58,538 nt of DNA from an uncultured Methylobacterium sp. (GTDB lineage: Bacteria > Pseudomonadota > Alphaproteobacteria > Rhizobiales > Beijerinckiaceae): positions 5,324 through 63,861 of the forward strand of contig NZ_CAXUJR010000006.1 in assembly GCF_964251405.1 (NCBI RefSeq), in the 5' to 3' direction. Within the stretch, counting starts at the first letter, position 1, and each line of letters begins with the position of its first letter. This document shows, piece after piece, positions 38,434 to 47,581 of this stretch. Under the pieces are notes generated by a model. It saw only the letters and a program-made list of their open reading frames with translations. It was not told the origin of the DNA and searched no databases. Position numbers and translations under genes: made by a program.

Positions 38434-39120
38434 TTGGTCGATCCGAAAGACGAGTCGTCAGGTCCGACGTCGCGCGGGGCCAATCTTCTGTCATTTCCGC
38501 GGGCCAAGTCTTCCCACGACGCGTCCTCTGCGGCCCAGCCGGCCTGCGCAACGGACAATAGCCTCAACCCCGGTCTTTCGCTCGACAGGATCGGTCAGGC
38601 GCTGGCCGCCTTCTACGATGACCTGGTCGCCGAGGGCGTACCCGAGCATCTCGCCGGTTTGGTTCGCCAAGTGAAGCCGGCCGAGGTCGAGCCGGTCACT
38701 CAGCCAGATGAGGGCATCGTCGTAACCGCGCCCGGCAAGTCGGGCCGGCTCGCCATCATCGTCGAAGACGAAGCGGCGACGCGGACCCTGGCGGAATCGC
38801 TTTTCGAGGCCACCGAACTTGAGGCGATCGGCTGCGATAGCGCGGAGGGCGCCCTCGACATCCTGAGGGAACGGGGCACCGACGTTGCCCTCGTCTTCGC
38901 CGATATCCGCCTCGCCGGGGAGATGGACGGCCTGCAACTCGCCAACGCCGTGGCGACCCTGTGGCCGCGCACCCGGATGGTCGTCACCTCGGGCCAGTCG
39001 CCCGTCAAACCCTCGGACCTGCCCAATCAGGTCGTGTTCATTCCCAAGCCCTGGCGGCCGGCGGCGGTTCTTGTCGAAGCTGGTTTGGCGACAAGCGAAA
39101 CGCCACCCATCGTTCCCTAG
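38434..39120 (+). CDS. Response regulator with N-terminal NepR-like anti-sigma segment
   Basis: RIGQALAAFYDDLVAEGVPEHLAGLVRQV then receiver (IVEDE, FADIRL, VVTSG, PKPW); GAGGAG RBS 7 nt before TTG 38434. Confidence 0.78.
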   Translation: MVDPKDESSGPTSRGANLLSFPRAKSSHDASSAAQPACATDNSLNPGLSLDRIGQALAAFYDDLVAEGVPEHLAGLVRQVKPAEVEPVTQPDEGIVVTAPGKSGRLAIIVEDEAATRTLAESLFEATELEAIGCDSAEGALDILRERGTDVALVFADIRLAGEMDGLQLANAVATLWPRTRMVVTSGQSPVKPSDLPNQVVFIPKPWRPAAVLVEAGLATSETPPIVP

Positions 39121-39197
39121 ACCTTGAGTGGTGCCGCGACCACGGCCCGCCTTCGGCTCCCGGTGCACCTGCCGATTCAATCCTTGCGCGAATGCGC

Positions 39198-39223
39198 GGA
39201 ACGGGGGAGCGACGAGCGTCGTT
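39198..39223 (+). promoter_or_regulatory. Sigma-EcfG-type promoter
   Basis: GGAAC-N17-CGTT about 105 nt upstream of the transglutaminase pair. Confidence 0.68.
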
Positions 39224-39329
39224 TGCAGCGCACGATCTCTGAGGGTTGGCCGATTCGCGGCCATCGTGGGCTCACCTTTTGCATCACCCCGACGAAGAGG
39301 CCGCGCATGGGCGCGGCGGAGCCGTTTCT

Positions 39330-40250
39330 GTGCCGATTCTGTCCGTCCGTCACGTCACCACCTACCGTTACCGGCAGCCCGTGGGATTCGGCGAGCACCG
39401 CATCATGTTCCGCCCGCGCGACAGCTACGACCAGCGCCTGATCGCCGCGACCCTGGCAATCACACCCGAGCCGCAGGGCCTGCGCTGGCTGCACGATGTC
39501 TTCGGAAATTGCGTCGCCGTGGCGAGCTTCACGGGTCGTGCCTCGGTCCTGCGCTTCGAATGCGCGATCACCCTCGACCACACCCCGGAATCCGTTCCCG
39601 ACTTTGCCCTCGCCCCGAACGCCGCCTTCTATCCGTTCGGCTACGGCGTCGACGACATGCCCGACCTCGGCCGGTCGATCGAGCGCCAGCACCCCGATCC
39701 GCGCAACGAGGTCGATGCCTGGGCACGCAGTTTCGTGCCTCCGGAGGGGCGGATCGCGACGCAAGACCTGCTCGCCGACATGACCCGCAGCGTGCGCCGG
39801 AACTTCGCCTACCTCGCCCGGTCCGAGAAAGGCGTGCAGGACCCGGTGACGACTCTGAGATTGAAGCGTGGAAGCTGCCGCGACTTCGCCGTCCTGATGA
39901 TCGAGGCGGTGAGGGCTCTGGGCATGGCCGCCCGTTTCGTGTCGGGCTACCTCTACAACCCGCGCGGCGACCGCGACCGCCATGTCGGAGGCGGCTCCAC
40001 CCATGCCTGGGTCCAGGTCTATCTCCCCGGCGCCGGTTGGGTCGAATTCGATCCGACCAACGGCATCGTCGGCAACCGCGACCTGATCCGAGTGGCCGTG
40101 GCCCGCGATCCGCGCCAGGCGGTGCCGCTGCACGGCTCGTTCTTCGGTTTTCCCGCCGACGATCTCGGAATGACCGTGGAGGTCGACGTGGTCGAGGTCG
40201 AGGCGCCCGCGCAGGAGACGCGGGTGCCGGATCCGATGGTGTCGCGTTGA
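39330..40250 (+). CDS. Transglutaminase-like protein (N-terminal domain + core)
   Basis: VRHVTTYRY, DVFGN, triad GSCRDFA / THAW / FDPTN, VAVARD; GTG start 39330. Confidence 0.9.
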   Translation: MPILSVRHVTTYRYRQPVGFGEHRIMFRPRDSYDQRLIAATLAITPEPQGLRWLHDVFGNCVAVASFTGRASVLRFECAITLDHTPESVPDFALAPNAAFYPFGYGVDDMPDLGRSIERQHPDPRNEVDAWARSFVPPEGRIATQDLLADMTRSVRRNFAYLARSEKGVQDPVTTLRLKRGSCRDFAVLMIEAVRALGMAARFVSGYLYNPRGDRDRHVGGGSTHAWVQVYLPGAGWVEFDPTNGIVGNRDLIRVAVARDPRQAVPLHGSFFGFPADDLGMTVEVDVVEVEAPAQETRVPDPMVSR

Positions 40251-40310
40251 CGGGGCGCTCCCGCCTTCGTCGTCGCGAATAGCTTTGTCTTTCAGCTACA
40301 GGTGAGCGCG

Positions 40311-41117
40311 ATGAAGATCAGGACTGGGTTCGACATTGCCTTCGAATCGGTTCAGCCGACCCCGATGATCCTCGAGCTCAGCGTGCATCCCACGCGGATG
40401 CCCGATCTCCTCACCCCGCACGAGATCCGGTTCGATCCGCCGATCCCCTGGCAGGAATATCGCGACGTCTACGACAACGTCTGCACCCGCATCGTCACTC
40501 CGCCGGGCCTGCTCACGATGTCCGCCGACTTCACCATCCAGGATTCGGGGCTGCCCGATGTCTATGCTCCGAGCGCCCAGCAGATCGCCGTACAGGACCT
40601 GCCCCAGGACGTGCTCATCTACCTCCTCGGTAGCCGCTACTGCGATACCGACAAGCTTTCCGAGACCGCCTGGTCCCTGTTCGGCGGTACGCCGATGGGC
40701 TGGGCCAGGGTGCAGGCGATCGTCGATTACGTCCACGACCGCATCCGCTTCGACTACCTCTGCGCAGACGCGACCCGTACGGCCTGGGACGGTTTCATGC
40801 AGCGCCAGGGCGTCTGCCGCGACTTCGCCCATCTCGCGGTTGCCTTCTGCCGGTGCATGAACATTCCGGCGCGCTACTGCACAGGCTATCTCGGCGATAT
40901 CGGCGTCCCGCGCGTCCCCGATCCCATGGATTTCTCGGCCTGGTTCGAGGTCTATCTCGATGGCGGCTGGTACACCTTCGACGCCCGTCACAACATGCCC
41001 AGGATCGGGCGCATCCTGATGGCCCGGGGACGCGATGCCACGGACGTCGCGATCACCACGAATTTCGGCTACGCCCACCTCGCGCGCTTCGAGGTCCATA
41101 CCGACGAGGTGTTCTGA
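40311..41117 (+). CDS. Transglutaminase-like protein
   Basis: GSRYCDTD, GVCRDFAHL, IPARYCTGYLGD, DFSAWFEVY, FDARHN, GRDATDV. Confidence 0.9.
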   Translation: MKIRTGFDIAFESVQPTPMILELSVHPTRMPDLLTPHEIRFDPPIPWQEYRDVYDNVCTRIVTPPGLLTMSADFTIQDSGLPDVYAPSAQQIAVQDLPQDVLIYLLGSRYCDTDKLSETAWSLFGGTPMGWARVQAIVDYVHDRIRFDYLCADATRTAWDGFMQRQGVCRDFAHLAVAFCRCMNIPARYCTGYLGDIGVPRVPDPMDFSAWFEVYLDGGWYTFDARHNMPRIGRILMARGRDATDVAITTNFGYAHLARFEVHTDEVF

Positions 41118-41264
41118 GGGTCGGAGCCGTGCTGCCAAGACGACGTGATCACCGTGGGGGATCAGCGTCTTGCGAGGTCAAGGGGAAAACACGATAGAGC
41201 ATGGAACCGATGCGCAATGCCCACGCTTGTATGGCAAAGGTTATCGCACAGGTAGGGTTCCATC

Positions 41265-41930
41265 ATGAAGACCTTAGCTACTGCCCTGGCGGGCGTTCTC
41301 GGTGTCTGTGTTCTTGCATGCGGTCCGGTCGCCGCCGCTCCCTACGATCCTTTCGAGGTCAATTCAGGTGAGGAGTATTACTCCGATCCGGCCTACGACC
41401 CCTACGGCTCCCCCCGTGGCGCCGATCTCGGATATCGGAACTACACGCAGGGAACTGGGCCTCAGGCGGCACCTCAGGCCCAGGTCGCACCGATCCCCCG
41501 CGAGATCGTTTCGTTTAACGCTGGCTACAAGCCCGGCACCATGGTTGTCTCCACGGCCGAACGGCGCCTCTACCTGGTGCTGCCGGGCGGTGAGGCGATC
41601 CGCTACGGTGTCGGCGTCGGCCGTCCCGGCTTTACCTGGTCCGGAACCAAGAGCGTGACCGCCAAGCGTGAATGGCCGTCATGGACTCCCCCGGCGGCGA
41701 TGCTCGCCCGACGTCCCGATCTGCCGCGCTACATGGCCGGCGGTGTCGAGAATCCGCTCGGCGCCCGTGCCCTCTACATCGGCAATACCGAGTACCGCAT
41801 CCACGGCTCGAACGAGCCGGACACGATCGGTCAGGCTGTGTCCTCAGGCTGCATCCGCATGACCAACGAGGACGTCACCGACCTCTATGATCGCGTCAAG
41901 GTCGGCGCCAAGGTCGTCGTCCTGAACTGA
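41265..41930 (+). CDS. L,D-transpeptidase (ErfK/YkuD family)
   Basis: Signal peptide; RYGVGVGR, WPSWTPP, NPLGARALY, IHGSN...SSGCIRM. Confidence 0.93.
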   Translation: MKTLATALAGVLGVCVLACGPVAAAPYDPFEVNSGEEYYSDPAYDPYGSPRGADLGYRNYTQGTGPQAAPQAQVAPIPREIVSFNAGYKPGTMVVSTAERRLYLVLPGGEAIRYGVGVGRPGFTWSGTKSVTAKREWPSWTPPAAMLARRPDLPRYMAGGVENPLGARALYIGNTEYRIHGSNEPDTIGQAVSSGCIRMTNEDVTDLYDRVKVGAKVVVLN

Positions 41931-41950
41931 AGTCTGCACCGCCCTCATGG

Positions 41951-41984
41951 AAAGGCCGCGTCATCCTGGGATGGCGCGGCCTTT
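41951..41984 (+). terminator. Rho-independent terminator
   Basis: AAAGGCCGCGTCATC...GATGGCGCGGCCTTT stem after the LDT gene. Confidence 0.7.
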
Positions 41985-42093
41985 GTCGTGAGAGACTCAC
42001 GATCCGCGAGCTAATCGATCCCGCGAACACCGTGCCGTCATCCTCCACCCGGCGAAGGACGGGATTGGCCCGCCCGGAACGGCGACCTAAGCC

Positions 42094-42456
42094 TTACCGG
42101 ACGACCCGCCCGACCGCGGTCTGCGGGTTGCTGAACGCGGCAACCGGCATGTCGCAGAAGCAACGGGCACCGAGCGGCCGCGGGCCCGGCAGCGGGCAGG
42201 AGAATGGCTGGAATCCCGCGATCCCGGACTGGACGGCGTCGCAGTTAAGACCGATCTCGCGACCGGGCGGCGGACCACGTCGGCCCCGCTCGTCACCGTA
42301 AGGACCGCGACGGGGCGGCGGCTGGTCGTAGCCGTCATCCTCGTAACCCGGCGGTGGTCGGTCGTAGCCCCCACGATACTGTGCGCTGGCGCCATGCGCT
42401 CCGATCGCGCTGGCGAGGATGACGGCGCTGAGGCCAATTCGGTAGGCAAGGCGCAT
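42094..42456 (-). CDS. Small secreted Pro/Gly-rich protein with 4-Cys C-terminal domain
   Basis: Signal peptide ending ASA, PPP-rich linker, C-x14-C-x11-CxC. Confidence 0.72.
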   Translation of the reverse strand: MRLAYRIGLSAVILASAIGAHGASAQYRGGYDRPPPGYEDDGYDQPPPRRGPYGDERGRRGPPPGREIGLNCDAVQSGIAGFQPFSCPLPGPRPLGARCFCDMPVAAFSNPQTAVGRVVR

Positions 42457-42586
42457 GGATCTGTCCGCCCTTGGCAAGTTCCGGTCGTCCGCACACCACG
42501 CGCGGCGCCGAAGGCAGGCGTTATGGTGCCGCCGTGCCGGAAACAAGGCGGGCGCGGAGGTGGGGAGCGGAGAGCGGCCAAAAACG

Positions 42587-42619
42587 AAAAGACCCACCCC
42601 GTAGCTTACGGGGCGGGTC
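42587..42619 (-). terminator. Rho-independent terminator of the phasin gene
   Basis: Minus strand GACCCGCCCCGTA-agc-TACGGGGTGGGTC followed by TTTT. Confidence 0.75.
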
Positions 42620-42651
42620 GGCATCGACGTCAAAAGGCGACGTGAGGGGCT

Positions 42652-43140
42652 TCAGTTGCTGGCGTTGCGTGCGGCGTTCTGAGCATCCTCGCCGGCCTGA
42701 CGGGCCGCCTCGGTACCCTTCTCCATCGCCTGGCGGGCCTGGTCGGCGCCCTGCTGCATGGCGGTTTTGGCCTTTTCGGCGCTTTGCTGCATCACCGACT
42801 GGGCAAGGCCACCGAACTCCTTGGCCTGGGCCTGAATCGCGGCGAACTGATTGCGCACGAACTCGGCCTGATGCTGCATCGCCTCCTGGACGTCGCGCGA
42901 ACGCACGAGTTTCTGGGCTAGGTCGAATGCGGCGTTCACGTTCTGCTCGGCGAACTCGAAGCCGCGGGCCGACATGTCCTGAGCGCTGGTCCGGGCGGTC
43001 TCGGAAGAGCCGTGAACGGTCTCGGCGGTCTTGCGCGCGGCGCCGATGAACGAATCGAAGGCCTTACGAGCCTGATCGACGCTCTTCTCGGCGAAATCGC
43101 GCATCTCGGCGGGGACTTCATAGGATGGCATGTTGCTCAT
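42652..43140 (-). CDS. phaP: Phasin (PHB granule protein)
   Basis: YEVPAEMRDFAEKSVDQARKAFD, FAEQNVNAAFDLAQKL; GAGGAG RBS before ATG 43140. Confidence 0.9.
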   Translation of the reverse strand: MSNMPSYEVPAEMRDFAEKSVDQARKAFDSFIGAARKTAETVHGSSETARTSAQDMSARGFEFAEQNVNAAFDLAQKLVRSRDVQEAMQHQAEFVRNQFAAIQAQAKEFGGLAQSVMQQSAEKAKTAMQQGADQARQAMEKGTEAARQAGEDAQNAARNASN

Positions 43141-43174
43141 GATCGTCTCCTCAGACTTGCTTGTTGAAGGCTTG

Positions 43175-43189
43175 TTGTGCGCTGCACAA
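43175..43189. promoter_or_regulatory. PhaR-type operator
   Basis: TTGTGC-gct-GCACAA palindrome (TGC-N3-GCA core) 35 nt upstream of phasin. Confidence 0.65.
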
Positions 43190-43341
43190 TAACACACCTT
43201 TTCGCCTATGACAGCGGGGTGGCGCACATTAAGGTTGATATCGTGTCAACGCGTGTCGATGCCGTTTGGTGTCCACATCCCGCCGGGCGATGCCCTAGTA
43301 AAGACTGCAGACCGCTTTGGTGTGACGTGAAACAGGTTTGA

Positions 43342-45981
43342 ATGTCCAATCCGGGGATCGATCAAGGGTCTGACGACCAGGCCGATGCACTCGCGGCGGT
43401 CACGACGCGGTGGAACGGCGACAGCCGGATCGGTCCTCTGCTGTCCACCGTCGATCGCGCATTCCTGATTTTCGATCCGTCCGCCGAGTTCGTCCTCCAT
43501 GCCTCGCCGGCGGCGCTGCAACTCCGCGACGGCATCGCGGCGGCGGATGGGCGGCTCGATGCCGCTCTGGGGCTCAGCGCCCAGATCCACCGCGCCGGCC
43601 TCGACGTCGAGCGGCCCGTCCTCGCCCGTCTTCAGCTCGACCGCCGTCGGCTGAAGCCCCAGGTGACCTGCCTCGTCGTCCAAGCTCCCGGCCGGGCCGG
43701 CATGGTGATCGCCCTCTTCCCCGTCGGTCAGATCCCGCGCCTGCGTCCGTTCGCGGAAACGAAGCCAACTGCCCGGTCGGTCCTTCGGCTCCCTTCGCAT
43801 GAGCCCCGGCGCATCGCCGAGCCGGAACCTTCAGTCGGGCCGGATATCGAGCTCGCACCCGGCTCCGGCAGCCCGCCGCGCTTCACTTGGCGCAGCGATG
43901 GCAACGGTTGCATCCGGGCCGTGTCGGGTCCGGCCGGTCCCGTCGTCCGCGCGGTGATGGCCGGCCGTTCCTGGCACGACCTCGCGCAATCGCGGGTCCT
44001 AGCGGATGCGGAAGGGCTGCTCGCGGCCCTTGCAGAGCGACGGACCTTCCGGGCGATTCCCCTTGTGCTGCGGCGCCCCGGGTCGTCTCAGCCCATGGAA
44101 GTCGAGGTCTCCGGGGCGCCCCTGGCGCGGGCCGACCAGCCTTTCGCCGGCTATGGCGGCTTCGGTCTCCTGCGGCCGCTGGCCGTGGAGGAGCTTCCGA
44201 CCGAGGATCCATTGCCGGTGGAAGAGGGTTCAGACGTCCATCCGGAACCGGGGGCGGTCGTCCTGGTATCAGATGAGAACTCCGCTCCGCAGTTTGCTCG
44301 CGGCCACACCGACGACGAAGCTCCGGCCTTGGCGGATTCGCTTCTGTCGGGTGACGAGCACGACGCGTTCCGTGAGATCGCAAGGGCCCTGGGAGCCCGC
44401 TTCTCGGGAGACGCGCTGCCGGACGTGCACAGACCCGAGGGTCCGGGCGCCGCCGTGATGCCGTTTCCGCGATCCGCCATGCGGGCGGCCGAGGCGCCAT
44501 CGAGGTCCGATGCGGCCGATGGCGGGACCGCGGCGATCCTCGACAGGCTGCCTGCTGCGGTCCTGATCTGCCGCGACGGAGTTCCGCTCTTCGCGAACCG
44601 CAGCCTCCTCGACCTGACCGGCTTCGAGTCCCTCGCGGAGATCGATGCGTCCGGCGGCCTCACGCGCCTGTTCCATGGACTCTCGCCCGAGGATTTGACC
44701 CGCTCCGACACGCCCGTTCCCCTCGCGAGGCGCGAGGGCGGCAGCATCGAGGTCTCCGTCAAGCGCTCGACGATCGTATGGGAGGAAGCGGCGGCGGAGT
44801 TGGTGATGATGCGCGAGGCCGGAGCGAGCGCGGGCGATCCCGCCACCGCAGCGCTTCAGGTCGCTCGGGCGATGGCCCAGGACATCGCCGTGCGCCGTTC
44901 GGGCGAGGCCTCAGCGGTACTCGACAGCCTCGAAGACGGCATCCTGGCCGTCGATCCGGGGGGACGCATCCTGAGCCTGAACCGTCGCGCGGCGGCCATG
45001 TTCGGCCTCGACCCACGCGAGGTCGTCGGCGGCGGAATCGCGAGCCTGTTCGCTCCCGAAAGCGCCGCCGAGATCCTGATGGCACTCCGGGAGCCCGACG
45101 CGGCGGAAGCGAAGCCGAGACGGGTCTTCGCCAAGGGCGGTGCCGGCCTTCTCCCCGTCAGCCTGCGGCTGCTCGCCCTGCGTCAGGGACCGGAGCGCAG
45201 AGTGGTCCTGGTTCTACGCGAGGCGCCGCGACCGGCCGAGGACCAGGCCGAAGCGGGACGCCGCGCCGCCGAAGCGACCAGCGCCTTGCGATCGGAGGTT
45301 CTGGCCAAGATCAGCCACGAGATCCGCACGCCGATGACCGGCATCCTCGGCTTCGCCGACGTGATGCTCGCGGAGCAGTTCGGGCCGTTCGAGAACGAGC
45401 GCTACCGCGAGTGTCTGCGCGACATCCGCGCCTCGGGCGAGCACGTCCTCAACGTCGTCACCGACCTCCTCGATCTGGCCAGCATAGAGGCCGGACGCCG
45501 GGATCTCGCCTTCACCGACGTGCCCCTGAACGAGATCGTATCCAACTGCGTCACCGAGATGCAGCCCCAGGCCGCCCGGGACCGGATCGTGATCCGCACC
45601 AGCTTTTCACAGAACCTGACGCGATTGGTCGCCGACGAGCGATCGGTGAGGCAGGCGGCGCTCTACGTGATCTCCAATGCCCTCCGCTTCACGGAAGCTG
45701 GCGGGCAGGTGATCGTCTCCACCACCATGGCCGATCGCGGCGAGATCGCCCTGCGTGTGCGCGATACCGGGATCGGCATGACCCCCGACGAGATCGCGGC
45801 AGCGCTCGAACCCTACCGGGATTCAGGGGCCACTTTCCCGAAATCCGGCACCGGTCTCGGCCTCACCATCACCAAGGCCCTCGTCGAGGCCAATCACGGC
45901 CGCTTCCGTATTACCAGCCGCAAGGACGAGGGCACCCTCGTTGAGATGCTGTTCCCGACCGAGCAGGCACTCAGCGCCTGA
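43342..45981 (+). CDS. Cytoplasmic PAS-domain histidine kinase, PdhS/CbrA (PleC-DivJ) like
   Basis: PAS segments, LAKISHEIRTP H-box, SNALRFT, DTGIGM, GTGLGL; no TM; divergent from phasin. Confidence 0.85.
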   Translation: MSNPGIDQGSDDQADALAAVTTRWNGDSRIGPLLSTVDRAFLIFDPSAEFVLHASPAALQLRDGIAAADGRLDAALGLSAQIHRAGLDVERPVLARLQLDRRRLKPQVTCLVVQAPGRAGMVIALFPVGQIPRLRPFAETKPTARSVLRLPSHEPRRIAEPEPSVGPDIELAPGSGSPPRFTWRSDGNGCIRAVSGPAGPVVRAVMAGRSWHDLAQSRVLADAEGLLAALAERRTFRAIPLVLRRPGSSQPMEVEVSGAPLARADQPFAGYGGFGLLRPLAVEELPTEDPLPVEEGSDVHPEPGAVVLVSDENSAPQFARGHTDDEAPALADSLLSGDEHDAFREIARALGARFSGDALPDVHRPEGPGAAVMPFPRSAMRAAEAPSRSDAADGGTAAILDRLPAAVLICRDGVPLFANRSLLDLTGFESLAEIDASGGLTRLFHGLSPEDLTRSDTPVPLARREGGSIEVSVKRSTIVWEEAAAELVMMREAGASAGDPATAALQVARAMAQDIAVRRSGEASAVLDSLEDGILAVDPGGRILSLNRRAAAMFGLDPREVVGGGIASLFAPESAAEILMALREPDAAEAKPRRVFAKGGAGLLPVSLRLLALRQGPERRVVLVLREAPRPAEDQAEAGRRAAEATSALRSEVLAKISHEIRTPMTGILGFADVMLAEQFGPFENERYRECLRDIRASGEHVLNVVTDLLDLASIEAGRRDLAFTDVPLNEIVSNCVTEMQPQAARDRIVIRTSFSQNLTRLVADERSVRQAALYVISNALRFTEAGGQVIVSTTMADRGEIALRVRDTGIGMTPDEIAAALEPYRDSGATFPKSGTGLGLTITKALVEANHGRFRITSRKDEGTLVEMLFPTEQALSA

Positions 45982-46105
45982 GTCACGGCGGCTGGCGGCC
46001 GACGACGCGGCCGGCCAGATGCGAATGCAGCCTCGGTCTCGGCGCCACTCGTGTGCGCCTCCCGGATCTGCCATCCTGTTGGGCAATGCAAACCGGGAGG
46101 TCGCG

Positions 46106-47413
46106 ATGGCGAGACGTCCGGCACGTGTCGCGGGCCTCGGGTTCCTGTTCCTGGCCACCACGGCTTCCGCCGATTCCATCGTCGTGTCCTTGCTCACGAC
46201 CCGTGCCGGACCCGCCGCTGCGGTCGGCGAACGCGTCGCCAACGGCCTGCGCGACTACGTCGAGATGCTGAACCAACGCGACGGCGGCATCGCCGGGCAG
46301 CGGCTCGACGTGATGGAATGCGAGACCGGGTCGGAGGTGGACCGTGCCCTGGCCTGCATGGAAGCCGCGAAGGCGGCGGGCGCGGTCGTCGTCGGCGTTC
46401 CCGACAGGGCGATGACGCAGGCCCTCGTCGATCCTTCGGCGCGGCACGGTATCCCGCTCCTGTCCTTTGCCGACGGCTATCCCATCGCGACCCGAGGCGA
46501 CGTGATGCCGTGGGTGTTCAACCCCTCGGCCTCGGTCCTCGGCGGCATCACGGTCGCCTTGCGCGCGGTCGCCGAATCCTCTGGCCGCGAGACCGGCGTC
46601 CGAGGCTTGGCGATCGGCCTCGCCTACAGCACAGCCGGCGCGGACCCCGCCGCTCTCGACCTGATGCGGGACCTCGCAACGAGGGATGGATTTTCCGCGT
46701 CCTTCCACGCGCTCGCCGACGAGGCGAAGGCCAACCGGGAGACCCTCGAGGCCACTGGTACGCGTCGTCCCGATTACCTGATCCTTCTCGGGCAGGGCAT
46801 ACAGTCCGGCACGGCAGCCGAGGAGGCCCTGGAGGCCGGCTTCCCACCCGAACGGCTCCTGGCCTTGCGCTGGCCCGACGATTCCGACCTGCGCCGGGCC
46901 GGCACCGCGGCCCGCGGATTCCGCGAGGTCGGTCGTCACGCCTTCGGCGACAACTTCCCGGCCTTCGACGAGATCGACGTTCACGTGATCGACCGCGGCC
47001 TCTCGCGGACGCCAAAGGACGGCTCCGGAGAGACCCACTACAACAGGGGCGTCTACAACGGCGTGCTCCTGGCCGAGGCGATCCGCGCCCGGCGCAAGCG
47101 CCGGCCCGACGGAGCCCTCACGGGAGACGATGTCCGGCGCGCCCTGGAATCTCTTTCCATCGATAAGGCACGCTGGAAGGAGCTCGGGCTTGCGGGCTTT
47201 GCCCGGGCGGTCTCACTCGATTGTACCGATCATGGCGGTACTCCCGATCTCTACGTGCTGGCCTGGGACGGCGCGAAGTGGCGTCCGGCCATGCCTCCGG
47301 TCCCTCAGGATCTCGGCGCGCTTCAGGGCCGGATCGATAGGCTCGTGGCCGAGTTCAGGGCGGCCCACCCGGACTGGCCGGCGCGGACCGAGCCCTGCGA
47401 GCACCCGAAATGA
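46106..47413 (+). CDS. ABC substrate-binding protein (branched-chain amino acid/PBP1 type), orphan
   Basis: DYVEMLNQRDGGIAG...ECET, YNRGVYNG, CTDHGG; signal peptide; GGAGG RBS. Confidence 0.75.
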   Translation: MARRPARVAGLGFLFLATTASADSIVVSLLTTRAGPAAAVGERVANGLRDYVEMLNQRDGGIAGQRLDVMECETGSEVDRALACMEAAKAAGAVVVGVPDRAMTQALVDPSARHGIPLLSFADGYPIATRGDVMPWVFNPSASVLGGITVALRAVAESSGRETGVRGLAIGLAYSTAGADPAALDLMRDLATRDGFSASFHALADEAKANRETLEATGTRRPDYLILLGQGIQSGTAAEEALEAGFPPERLLALRWPDDSDLRRAGTAARGFREVGRHAFGDNFPAFDEIDVHVIDRGLSRTPKDGSGETHYNRGVYNGVLLAEAIRARRKRRPDGALTGDDVRRALESLSIDKARWKELGLAGFARAVSLDCTDHGGTPDLYVLAWDGAKWRPAMPPVPQDLGALQGRIDRLVAEFRAAHPDWPARTEPCEHPK

Positions 47414-47581
47414 CACCACCTGCCGGCGCGGCATTTCGATGTGGGAGACAAAGCTCGGCTTTTGTCTTTGTTGATGTTTTTCCCTTGCCGCCGCCCTGTC
47501 GCAGTGCCTAGAACCGGTCTGGAAGCACCGGCTGCGCGGGATCTCGCGATACGATCGGGCACCAGGAACAGGAAACGCGCG

